Part shown: positions 1 to 10,909 of the stretch, in pieces | How positions within the stretch are numbered: the first letter of the stretch is position 1 | Layout: every line of letters begins with the position of its first letter | DNA from: Squalus acanthias | Taxonomy: Eukaryota | Reading direction: 5' to 3' | DNA: 64,000 nucleotides | NCBI GenBank assembly: GCA_030390025.1 | Contig: CM059432.1 | Span: forward strand, 153,018,001 to 153,082,000 | The notes under the pieces: model-generated | Seen by the model: the letters and a program-made list of their open reading frames with translations, nothing else | Told to the model about the DNA's origin: nothing | The model's database searches: none | Made by a program: the position numbers and the translations under genes

Positions 1-240
1 TATTTCTCCAATTTCCTTTTAAATGATGTTATAGTCTCTGCCTCATTCGCCACTTGTGGTAAAGCATTCCATGTTCTAATAACTCTCTGTATGAAAGCAT
101 TACTTTTAACCTCCCCCTTCATTATTCATAATTTTGAATACAGTGATTAAATCCCCGTTAACCTTCTCAGTTCCAGTGTAAAAAGTTCCAATTTTGCAAG
201 GCTTTCTTCATAACTATAATCTTTTATTCCCAGTATTATT
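1..240 (-). mobile_element. Old degenerate CR1 LINE, ORF2 C-terminal fragment
   Basis: Reverse complement reads approximately RVIRTWNALPQVANEAETITSFKRKLEK, matching the CR1 C-terminal motif (QRVV.WN.LP..VEA.T...FK..LD) of younger copies in this window. Confidence 0.7.
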
Positions 241-242
241 CT

Positions 243-2290
243 ACAACAACAATAACTTGCATTTATAGAGTTCCTTTAACGTAGTAAAAACATCCCATGG
301 CACTTCACAGGAGCGTTATCAAACAAAATTTGACACCAAGCCAAATAAAAAGATATTAGGACAGGTTACCCACCAAAAGCTTGGTTAAAGAGGGAGGTTT
401 TAAGGAGTGACTTAAAGGAGGAGAGAGGTGGTGAGGTGGAAAAGTTTAGAGAGGGAATTCCAGAGCTTGGGGCCTAGGCAGCTGAAGGCAAGGCCCTCAA
501 TGGTGGAGCGATGAAAATCAGGGATGCGCAAGAGGTCAGAATTGGGGGAGCACATAGATCTCGGTGGGTTGTAGGGCTGGAGGAGGTTACAGAGATAGAT
601 AGGGGCACAGCCATGGAGGAATGTGAACACAAGGATGAGAATTTTAAATTGAGATGTTGCCGGACCAGGAGCCAATCAGGTCAACAAGCATAGAGATGAT
701 GGGTGAATGGGACTTGGTGCGAGTTAGGATACTGGCAGCGGAGTTTTAGATGAGCCCAAGTTTACAGAGGGTGGAAGATAGGAGGCCAGCCAGGAAAGAA
801 TTGGAATAGTCGAGTCTGGAGGTAGCAAAGGCATGGATGAGGGTTTCAGCAGCAGGTGAACTGAGGCAAAGGAGGAGACAGGTGATATTACAGAGGTGGA
901 AGTAGGCGGTCTTGTGATGGGAGAGAATATGGGGTCGGAAGCTCAGCTCAGGGTCAAATAGGACAGCGATGTTGCAAACAATCTGGTTCAGCCTGAGACA
1001 GTGGCCAGGCAGGGGCTGAAGACAATGGCTTTGATTTGCCCAATATTTTTGGGAGGAAATTTCTCCTCATCGAATACTGGTTGTCAGACAAGCAGCGTGA
1101 CAAATCAAAGGAAGTGGAGGGATCGAGAGGTGGTGGTGAGGTAGAGCTTGGTGTCGTCAGCTTATATGTGGAATCAGACGTGTCTTTGGATGATGTCACC
1201 AAGGGACAGCATGCAGGTGAGAAATAGGAGGGGGCCAAGGATAAATCCTTGTGGGACTCCAGAGGTCACTGTGCGGGAGTGGGAAGAGAAGCCATTGCAG
1301 GAGATTCTTTGCCTACGGCTAGATAGATAGTGATGGAACCAGGCGGGGACAGTCTCACCAAGCTGGACAACAGAAGTTGGAGGAGGATGGTGTGGTCAAC
1401 CGTGTCAAAGGCTGCAGACAGGTTTAGAAGCATGAGGAGGGATAGTTCACCACGGTTACAGTCACATAGGATGTCATTTGTGACCATTTCAGTGCTGTGG
1501 AGGGGCGGAAACCTGATTGGAGGGGTTCAAACATGGAGTTGCGGGAAAGATGGGCATGGATTTGGGAGGCTATAACACGTTCAAGGACTCTGGAGAGGAA
1601 AGAGAGGTTGGAGATGGGTGGTAGTTTGCAAGGACAGAGGGGGAAGAGGTGGGTTTTTTGAGGAGGCGGTTGATGACAGCTGATTTGAAAGGGAGGGGCA
1701 CAGTACCTGAGGCGAGGGAACTGTTAACAATATCAGCTAACACTGGGGTCAGGAAGGGAAGTTGGGTGGTTAGCAGTTTGGTGGGAATAGGGTGGAGTGA
1801 GCAGGAGGTGGGATTCATGGATAAGATGAGCTTGGAGAGGGCATGAGGGCATAGGAGAGAAACTAGAGCAAGATGTGTGTTCAGGCCTAGGGCAGGGGGG
1901 GGAACCTTGGGGAAAATTTGTCTTGGTGGGCTAGGGGCAGGCAGGGAAGCGGCAGAGGCAGCTGAACGGATGGTTTCAATCTTAGTGACAAAGAAATCCA
2001 TGAGCTTCTCGCACTTGTTGAAGGTGAGGGCAGAGGAGAGGGGTTTAAGAAGATGGTTACTGGTGCAGAAGAGAAGCCGGGGGTTATCTTTGCATTCCAG
2101 GTTGATCCTGGAGTAGTACCGGTATTGGGAGAGGAGAGCAGGACCCGATGGTGCTTTACGTGGTCCAGCCAGACCTGGGGATGAATTGTCCATCATAAAA
2201 TGTTCAAGTCTGTGTTCTTTGGACTTAAGGGAGAGGAGATGGGGGCCGTACCGGGGGAGCGACCAGGACCAGGGTGAGAGAGAGTAAGTA
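243..2290 (-). mobile_element. L2 LINE, 5'-truncated, pseudogenised RT
   Basis: ORF pieces PTSCSLHPIPTKLL...IVNSSLASGTVP..FKSAVI..LLKKP, VTNDIL...[17 protein letters not shown] and AFS.LGPKLWNSL are typical of L2. The 3' tail is ...ctataaatgcaagtt(attgttgttg) at about 243-268. Confidence 0.9.
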
Positions 2291-2299
2291 TTCTACCAA

Positions 2300-2850
2300 A
2301 TCTTCACTGTCCCCTTTCCATGGCTCTAATATCCTTGCTTTAATGGAGTGCCCAATAATATTCCCTTTAAATTTCTTTTAGGGTGCACTGCCCCTTTAAG
2401 GCTGCGTGGGAGCTGCAGAGCGATGCGCGTGTGGGCAACCGCGCAGCTTAAAGGGAATATTGATGTTAATACAATACTCCAACTGTAGCTTAACCAATAT
2501 CTTGAACAAATTCAACATCACTTCCTTGCTTTTATATTCAGTGCCTCTCTGTATAAAACCCTTGTGTGTTTTTATGGCATTTTCTACCTTTGTATCTGCA
2601 CCTCTTTTTTCTTCCACTCTGGTAAGAACCTCACCATTTAGGGTGTATTTCCTTTCGCTGTTTTGTTTCCCTAAAACTCACTATTTGACACTTCTCTACA
2701 CTGAACTGTGTCTGCCACCCACCTGCTCACTTCACTAAGCTGTCTTTGCAATCCTACATTCTTGTTCACAGTTTGCCATGCTCGCTAGTTTGATATCATC
2801 GGCAAACTTCAATATCATTCTTCTTGTGCCTTTGCCTATGTCATTCATAG
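2300..2850 (-). mobile_element. Old CR1 fragment (continues at about 6934-7100)
   Basis: ORF 2396-2617 contains RGTEYKSKEVMLNLFKILVKLQLEYC. The sequence resumes after the younger CR1, with attcata present at both junctions. Confidence 0.75.
2357..2461. mobile_element. ~105-bp MITE-like element with 14-bp perfect TIRs
   Basis: aatattccctttaa (2357-2370) pairs with ttaaagggaatatt (2448-2461). The element interrupts an old CR1. No clear TSD. Confidence 0.65.
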
Positions 2851-3472
2851 AATCATAGAAATTTACGGCACAGAAGGAGGCCATTCAGCTTATTGCGCTC
2901 GTGCTGGCCGAAAAAGAGCGATCCGGCCTAATCCCACTTTCCATCTCTTGGTCCGTAGCCTCGTAGGTTACGGCACTTCAAGTGCATATTTAAATGTGAT
3001 GAGTGTTTCTGCCTCTACCACCCTTTTAGGCAGTGAGTTCCAGACCCCCATCACCCTCTGGGTGAAATAATTTCCCTCAACTCCCCTCTAATCCTTCTAC
3101 CAATTACATTAAATCTATGCCCCCTGGTTATTGACCTCTCTGCTAGGGAAATAGGTCCTTCCTATCCACTCTATCTAGGCCCCTCATAATTTTATACACC
3201 TCAATTAAATCTCTCCTCAGCCTCCTCTGTTTCAAAGAAAACAACCCCAGCCTATCCAATCTTTCCTCATAGCTAAAATTCTCCAGTCCTGGCAACATCC
3301 TTGTATATCTTCTCTGTACCCTCTCTAGTGCAATCACATATTTCCTGTAATGTGGGGACCAGAACTGTATGCAGTACTCTAGCTGTGACCTAACTAATGT
3401 TTTATAGAATATACAACAGAAAACGCTGGAAAAACTCAGCAGGCCAGGCAGCATCCGTGGAGAGAGAAAGAG

Positions 3473-3509
3473 AGTTAACGTTTCAGGTCGATGACCTTTC
3501 GTCAGAACT
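3473..3509 (-). ncRNA. Minimal type I hammerhead ribozyme in the PLE 3' region
   Basis: Minus strand agtt-CTGACGA-a-aggtc(atc)gacct-GAAA-cgtt-aact: both core boxes, a 5-bp stem II, 4-bp stem I (agtt/aact) and a palindromic AACGTT in place of stem III. Confidence 0.85.
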
Positions 3510-3791
3510 GTGAAGAGCCGGAAATCAAATAGATTTAAGGCCAGAGTAAAGCTGGGAAAAGGGGGAGGGGATAAAAGAACAAAGGGGGAGATGAAGAGAC
3601 ATTAAGAGACATTAAGAGATATGCAAGGCTAGAGGTGGTGTTAATGTGACAGATTAAGGCTGAAAGAAGTGTGAAATCCACTGGCAGAATGAAGGACAGC
3701 TGCCAGCTTCTAGGAGGAAAAAAAAGTGGGGGGGGGGGGGGGCAAATAAAAGGGTGGAAAAAATAAAATATAAATGTGATTGGAGCTAAGG

Positions 3792-5362
3792 TTATGATCT
3801 AAAATTGTTGAACTCGATATTGAGTCCAGAGGGCTGTAGCGTGCCTAAACGAAAGATGAGGTGCTGTTCCTCGAGCTTACGCTGCGCTTCCGTGGAACAG
3901 TGTAATAGGCCGAGGACGGTGAGGTCAGAGTGGGAGTGAAGCGGTGAATTAAAGTGACAGGCCACCGGGAGCTCGGGGTCCCCCTTACGGACTGAACGGA
4001 GGTGTTCTGCAAAGCGGTCACCCAATCTGCGTTTGGTCTCCCCAATGTAGAGGAGACCACATCGTGAGCAGCGAATACAGTATACTAAATTGCAGGAAGT
4101 ACAAGTAAATCGCTGTTTCACCTGGAAGGGGTGTTTGGGGCCCTGGACAGTGGGAAGAGGGGAGGTGTAAGGGCATGTGTTGCATCTCCTGCGCGTGCAC
4201 GGGAAGGTGCCGGGCGAAGGGGAAGGGGTGCTGGGGGTGGTAGAGGAGTGGACTAGGGTGTCGCGGAGGGAGCGGTCCCTGCGGAATGCTGAAAGGGGAG
4301 GTGAGGGGAAGATGTGTTTGGTGGTGGGATCACGCTGGAGGTGGCGGAAATGGCGGAGGATGATCCGTTGAATGTGGAGGCTGGTGGGGTGAAAGGTGAG
4401 GACAAGGGGAACCCTATCGTGGTTCCGGGAGGGAGGGGCAGGGGTGAGGGCAGAAGTGCGGGAGATAGAACGGACACGGTCGAGGGCTGTGTCGACCACG
4501 GTAGAGGGGAATCCTCGGTTGAGGAAAAAGGAAGACATGTCGGAAGCACTGGTATGGAAGGTGGCATCATCAGAGCAGATGCAGCGGAGACGGAGAAACT
4601 GGGAGAATGGAATAGAGTCCTTACAGGAGGCGGGGTGGGAGGAAGTGTAGTCCAGGTAGCTGTGGGAGTCAGTGGGCTTGTAGTGAATGTTAGTCAATAA
4701 CCTATCCCCAGAGATGGAGATGGAGAAGTCGAGGAAGGGAAGGGAAGAGTCGGAGATGGACCATGTGAAGGTGAGGGAAGGGTGGAAATTGGAAGCATAG
4801 TGAATGAAATGTTCTAGTTCAGGGCGAGAGCAGGAGACGGCACCGATACAGTCATCAATGTACCGGAAAAAGAGGTGAGGGAGGGGACCCGAGTAGGACT
4901 GGAACAAAGAGTGTTCCACATATCCCACGAAAAGGCAGGCATAGCTAGGACCCATGCGGGTACCCATAGCAACACCTTTAATTTGGAGGAAATGGGTAGA
5001 GTCAAAGGAGAAGTTGTTCAATGTGAGAACAAGTTCAGCCAGGCGGAGGAGGGTGGTGGTGGATGGGGACTGGTTGGGCCTCTGTTCAAGGAAGAAGCGG
5101 AGCGCCCTCAGGCCATCCTGGTGGGGAATGGAGGTGTAGAGGGATTGTACGTCCATAGTGAAGAGGAGACGGTTGGGGCCGGGAAACTGGAAACTGTTAA
5201 AATGGCGGAGGGCATCGGAAGAGTCGCGGATGTAGGTGGGAAGAGACTGGACAAGGGGAGAAAAAATAGAGTCGAGATAGGAAGAGATAAGTTCCGTGGG
5301 GCAAGAACAGGCTGAAACGATGGGTCTACCGGGGCAGTCCTGTTTGTGGATCTTGGGAAGGA
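3792..5362 (-). CDS. PLE reverse transcriptase + GIY-YIG endonuclease (N-terminally truncated, no internal stops)
   Basis: The frame is open upstream of the tracked ATG (LPKIHKQDCPGRPIVSACSCPTE...LFTMDVQSLYTSIP). RT motifs GVAMGTRMGPSYA, FRYIDD and FLD are present. GIY-YIG reads LVYCIRCSRCGLLYIGETKRRLGDRFAEH...E...GLN. Confidence 0.92.
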
Positions 5363-5477
5363 ACTATGAGGTTGGCGGCCGTGGGGAGTTCTAGCATAAC
5401 CTCCCTGCTCTTATATTCTATGCCTCGTCTAATAAAGGAAAGTATCCGTATGCCTTCTTAACCACCTTAACCACCTT

Positions 5478-5858
5478 GAGGAGAGATTGAGTAGATTGGG
5501 CCGATGCTCTCTGAAGTTTAGAAGAATGGGAGGTGATCTCATTGAAACATAAAATTCTGAGGGGATTGACAGGGTAGATGCTGAGAGGTTGTTTCCCCTG
5601 GCTGGAGAGTCTAGAACTAGGGGGCATAGTCTCAGGATAAGGGGTCGGCCATTTAGGACTGAATGAAGAGGAATTTCTTCACTCAGAGGGTTGTGAATCT
5701 TTGGAATTCTCTGCCCCAGAGGGCTGTGGATGCTGAATCATTGAGTATATTCAAGGCCGAGATAGATAGATTTTTGGACGCATGGGGAATCAAGGGTATC
5801 GGGCGAGAAAGTGAAGCAGGCCTACTCCTGCTCCTAATTCTTATGATCTTATGTTCTT
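5478..5858 (+). mobile_element. Short CR1 3' end inserted in the opposite orientation into CR1
   Basis: RNFFTQRVVNLWNSLPQRAV..FKAEIDRFL and a (ttcttatg)n tail. Confidence 0.9.
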
Positions 5859-7434
5859 ATCTACCTGTCCTGCTACCTTCAGGGATCTGTGGACATGCAC
5901 GCCAAGATCCCTTTGTTCCTCTACACCTCTCAGTATCCTACCATTTATTGTGTATTCCCTTGCCTTGTTAGCTCTCCCCAAATGTATTACCTCACACTTC
6001 TCTGGATTGAATTCCATTTGCCACTTTTCTGCCCACCTGACCAGTCCATTAATATCTTCCGTCTACAGCTTTCTTCCTAACTATCAACCACACGGTTGTA
6101 TCATCTGCAAACTTCTTAATCATGCCCCCTACGTTGAAGTCTAAATCATTGATGTATGCCACAAAAAGCAAGGGACCTAGTATTGAGCCCTGCGGAACCC
6201 CAATCAGAGACAGCCTCCCAGTCACAAAAACACCTGTCGACCTTTACCCTTTGATTCCTGCCACTGAGCCAATTTTGGATTCAACCTGCCACTTTCCCTT
6301 GGATCCCATGGGCTTTTACTTTTCTGACCAGTCTGCCATGTGGGACCTTGTCAAAGCCTTGCTAAAATCCATGCAGACTACATCAACCCTCCATGTTAGC
6401 TCCTCAAAAATTCAATCAAGTTAGTCAGACATGACCTTCCCTTAACAAATCCATGCTGACTGTCCTTGATTAATCCGTGCCTTTCTAAAAGAAGATTTAT
6501 CCTGTCCCTCAGAATTTTTCCAATAATTTACCCACCACCGAGGTTAGGCTGACTGGCCTGTAATTACTCGGTCTATCCCTTTCTCCATTTTTAAACAATG
6601 GTATAACGTTAGCAGTCCTCCAGTCCTCCGGCACCATGCCTGTAGCCAGAGAGGATTGGAAAATGATGGTCAGAGCCTTCGCTATTTCTTCCCTTGCTTC
6701 TTTCAACAGCCTGGGATACATTTCATCTGGGCCTGGCAATTTATCTACTTTCAAAGATGCTAAACCCCTTAATATTTCCTCTCTATGTTTATCTCATCTA
6801 ATATTTCACACTCCTCCTCCTTAACTACAATGTCCCTCTCTTTTGTGAAGACAGAAGCAAAGTATTCATTAAGAAGCATACCCATGTCTTCTGCCTTTAC
6901 ACACAGGTTACCTTTTTGGTCTCTAATAGGCCATTCATATAAATGGAAAGCATAAGAGGTCCCTGCATAGATCCCAAAGGCATATCATTACCCCGCCAAT
7001 CTGAAAGACATCCATATACCTCTTGCTCTTTGCTTCCTGACCCCTAGTCACCTTTATATCCCTGCAACTACATTCCCTTTAATACCATGCTCCCAAACAT
7101 CTGTGGGGCCAGTTACACTGGTACGGTGCTTCGAAGGTAGTACATCCGCCAAATGCTGACCCAGTCAGAACTAAAGGCGTCAGCTCATTTACATGCTGGC
7201 TTGCATTCACCCAGCTCAACTCCCTTGTGCTGATAAGGGTGAATAATTGTTGGTGCAGGCTTTAAATCTTGCTGCAATGGAGCAGGAAGCAGCAGCCATA
7301 GCGGAGCAGTAAGTAGGTTTTAAAAGCCGTACCTCTTGGAGTTTTTGTAAGTTATTGTCCTGAGCTGTCTTAACAAGGACTTTTTAAAATTATGATTTGC
7401 TAAGAAAGACAGCTTCAACATCAGGGATGGTGAG

Positions 7435-7737
7435 ATGGAGCCTCAGGAGAGCTCAGAGCAACACGTGAATGGCAAAAGGAAATCTCCCAATTTCACAGAG
7501 TCAGACCTTCAAACCCTGGTAGAAATGCAAATAAGGAGAGTGAGAGAGGAGAGAGAAACAGAGGGGGAGAGGAAGAGAGAGAGAAAGACTGCTGGGCTCT
7601 CATTGAAGAAAACCCCAAGAGTGTTGCAAGTGCCACAGTGCAAGAAGATGGCATGGGTGCTGAGTGCTACCTCTCTCACCCACAGAATAATAGACCAGTG
7701 CAGGAAGAAGTTCATTGAGTTGACAAAGTCAGTTAAG
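7435..7737 (+). pseudogene. Harbinger-type Myb/SANT-like DNA-binding protein, exon 1 remnant
   Basis: KRKSPNFTESDLQTLVE...QCRKKFIELTKSVK followed by a GT donor (aag|gtaaga), the same splice position as in the other copies. A second remnant QCWTKFNELTSVGK lies at about 8070-8115. Confidence 0.75.
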
Positions 7738-8289
7738 GTAAGAGAACCTGTGATCTAAAAGTGGATGCACCTTCAGAGCACACTTGCCTGTAGTCTAAAC
7801 TCGATGGGGTAGAATTTACATGGGGGTTAGCCTGATCTCCCACCATAACCTCGGTGGAAACCCCGGAGTAATGGCTTCAACTAGATGTAATCCGTGTGGT
7901 TATTAATTTGTAATCTAAACTGGATGTCATCTCATGAATACAGTCACCTGTGATGCAAACTAGCCATAATATGAGTACACTCAGCTATGACTTACACTAG
8001 ATGTAATTTTGTTTGTGGACGGAGGTGGTAGTGGCACTGAGTGACACCTCTCTCACCAATAGAATTGCAAACCAGTGCTGGACAAAGTTCAATGAACTGA
8101 CAAGTGTAGGCAAGGTACCACACCGGCTCCTCTTCCTTTTCCTCCTTGGGCACCAGCAAACCGTTCACCCTCTACAATGAACAGCTGCACAAGTCACCTG
8201 TCACACTGCACTGTGGTCCAGGGCTTCACTAACTTTCAATCTTCACTAACTAACACTCCCCTAACATGAGTTATTTAGCAAGAATGCCC

Positions 8290-8570
8290 ATAGAGTTCTG
8301 TGGGAGGACCTGCTGAAGGTCGGTCTGGAGGACGGCGAGCGGCTCAAGGTTTTGCTAACACTTATGGAGCTGATCGGCACCCTCAACCACAGCTCCCATG
8401 ATAAAGCTCCAGGACTGGGTGGAATGACCTTAGAGTTCTACAGGGCATTCTTTGACACCCTAGGGAGTGACTATGTGCAGATCCTAGTGACTGGAGAGAT
8501 GTTTCTCTCTTGGCGCAGGGCCGTCATTGTCCTGCTGCTTAAGAAGGGGGATATACATTTCCTTAAGAAC
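8290..8570 (+). mobile_element. Tx1/L1-clade LINE RT fragment
   Basis: KAPGLGGMTLEFYRAFFDTLG...GEMFLSWRRAVIVLLLKKGD..FLKN resembles the Tx1/L1 motif KSPG.DG.T.EFY..FW...LP.S.R.A.I.LLPKKGD...LKNWRP. Confidence 0.75.
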
Positions 8571-8923
8571 AGGAATTACTTGCATGGTCAAGCTTAAAAT
8601 CTCTTCCTCCAAGTATTGGAGTGATACCGGCACATTTATATGCTCAGCTGTGCTTGGGAGACAGCTCAAATACTTTCACCTGGGGAGAAGTAGACAGTCT
8701 AAGTGAGGATGTAGCACCGGGTGATTCACAGAGCACAAGGGAGTCAGAGGAGTAGGGAATGGGTGAGGGTGTGCCAGCTTCTCAACAGAGAAGGCTGCCC
8801 ATGACTTTTGAGTTGTGGGACCCAGATCTGATGGGTACTCACTTTAAAAGGATGTTGAAGAAACATCACAATGCCATGCAGGCTCTGAGCTCAGACTCCA
8901 AGGATGTGCAGCAAGTGATAGAT

Positions 8924-10909
8924 GGCCTAGAAATTGGAACTGTTAGCGTTGGCCATTAAGGCCTGTTTAGGGGAAAAAATGGTGGCCACCTCACATCCGC
9001 CCGCTGCCGGCGGGTCCCATGGCGGAGTAATCAGATCAGCCATGATCTTATTGAATGGTGGAGCAGGCTCGAGGGGCCGTGTGGCGGAGCAGGCTCGAGG
9101 GGCCGTGTGGCGGAGCAGGCTCGAGGGGCCCAGTGGCGGAGCAGGCTCGAGGGGCCGTGTGGCGGAGCAGGCTCGAGGGGCCGTGTGGCGGAGCAGGCTT
9201 GAGGGGCCGAGTGGCGGAGCAGGCTCGAGGGGCCGTGTGGTGGAGCAGGCTCGAGGGGCCGTGTGGCGGAGCAGGCTCGAGGGGCCCAGTGGCGGAGCAG
9301 GCTCGAGGGGCCGTGTGGCGGAGCAGGCTCGAGGGGCCGTGTGGCGGAGCAGGCTCGAGGGGCCCAGTGGCGGAGCAGGCTCGAGGGGCCGAGTGGCGGA
9401 GCAGGCTCGAGGGGCCGAGTGGCGGAGCAGGCTCGAGGGGCCGAGTGGCCTATTCCTGCTCCTAATTCGTATGTTCGTATGTTCGATGTCCGCTCATCCA
9501 TTTTGGAGATGGTCACTGCTCTTGCCGCCCTCTCCAAAGCATGCTCGTGTGTGCAGTCGCAGACAGCGCTTCACCGTCGTACACAGCCCTGAGGACGCTT
9601 CAAGTGACAGTCAGAAAGTCAAGTTAGAATTATCTCCACGTAGCTAATGTAATGTTTATATTAATCGCAAACCTAGGTTTTGATAGCTGACCCGTGGGAT
9701 TTGTAGGTAAAGTTTAATTCTTTTTCGGTGGTTTGCTTATTTGAAACTGTCCTGCCCAAGATTGTAATACTGAATGTGTAACAAATGGGAAGATGCAGAA
9801 TATTGCAAGTGATTACTTCTGAGTGACTATAAGAGTAGGCTTGAGGTTTGGATTAGGAATCACCTACGGATGTTCAGTGTTTCGATCTCTGAAATCTGAA
9901 GTGTGAATTCAAATTCTTTAAGTTATCAGCTATAAGTACTTTCTCCTCCCCATGGAATAATAAAAAGCCCTCAGCTGTCAGACCCTCCTAAGCCAGTGAC
10001 TAAAGTGACCTCAGCATATCAATGAAATTATGACTGCAGTAAAATGGTTTCAGAAACTACAAACTGCTGGATTTGATCGTCCCTGTCTGACATCTTTTTC
10101 TTCCTGCTTCATGAAAATTTAAACAAGCATTTAAAATGAAGAGCTTGGCTTAGCCTCTATTCCTTTAGAATGTGATGTGTGGGTAAAGTGATAGGGGAGA
10201 GTCCTTGAAAGTATTAAATGGGCCAAAAAAATGAACAGTGTCCTTTTTATCTACGGCGTCCGCAGGGAACGGTGTCTCTTTAAACAACTCTGAATGCTGC
10301 ATGCCTTCCTCAGTGCAATGAGCGGTACAGACTACAGTACAAACAAAATCATTAATTTACCCTGTTTTACACCCACACCTTCTCCCCTTCTCCTCTGATC
10401 CCATAAAACCCGACATACGATCAAACCACAGTCTTCCCCGGCATAGTCGACAGACTCCCCACAAATGAATAACTAAGTTCCTGAACCCTTTTTCCATCTG
10501 TAGAAATTTTGCGAGTCAGAGCCTGATGATAGGTAGGTTCCGGAGCTTTGCTTGTGTCACTTTGATGCATTTTAAACAGGAGTTTGCTCCACATGGGCTG
10601 AATGCAAAGCTGTAACATTGATTGGTGAGCAGGTGGCAGGTAAATTGTTCCAACAAATACGGCAACTGCTCCGTACATGGGTTACAGGTTGCCCCGTTTC
10701 TTCCTCGTTCTCCTTAAATGCAAGTGGGAAACATATGCGACCTTGGGCCTCCTGCTGAGCTTAGCGTCGGAAAGAGTTCGTTACACCACAAATTCTCTGC
10801 ACCGCTGATGCTAATTAGCAGGCAGCACCAAAATGCTCTCTCCGGGCGGCCGTTAGCCCTGGCCAGCGCTGTTACCAGTAGGTTTCTGGCCTACTCGAAT
10901 TTCTAGGCC
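8924..10909. mobile_element. Non-autonomous Harbinger-family element with AT-rich unique interior
   Basis: TIRs ggcctagaaatt / aatttctaggcc. Subterminal arms are similar to those of 59293-60331. TSD not clear. Confidence 0.7.
9031..9485 (+). repeat. CR1 3' UTR with a 15-copy, 26-bp tandem array (9057-9446)
   Basis: Unit ggcggagcaggctcgaggggcc(g/c)(t/a)gt, flanked by the CR1 3'UTR start (agatcagccatgatcttattgaat) and end (ggcctattcctgctcc, then (ttcgtatg)n). Confidence 0.95.

Larger units (their letters stand above)
3407..5387 (-). mobile_element. Penelope-like retroelement (Neptune-type), 5'-truncated, young
   Basis: RT plus GIY-YIG ORF, Cys-rich linker CTRRRCNTC and a 3' segment carrying a hammerhead motif. 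Inserted into CR1 at gttttata|agttctagc. Confidence 0.95.
2846..6935 (-). mobile_element. Younger CR1 LINE, split by a Penelope (3407-5387) and a plus-strand CR1 (5478-5858)
   Basis: (ttctatga)n tail at about 2846-2860. ORFs LVRSQLEYCIQFWSPHYRK...FSLKQRRLR and PGPDEMYPRLLKE...DWRTANVIPLFK..NYRPVSLTSVVGK. The CR1 sequence is collinear across both insertions. Confidence 0.92.

Noticed and set aside
4177..5315. Plus-strand ORFs antisense to the PLE and to the various LINEs
   Set aside because: They are shadow frames of the TE coding strand with no independent motifs.
8934..9647. Repetitive ORFs of 109-237 aa and a CRISPR-like appearance
   Set aside because: These are translations of a 26-bp tandem repeat of CR1 3' UTR. 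There are no unique spacers and no cas genes.
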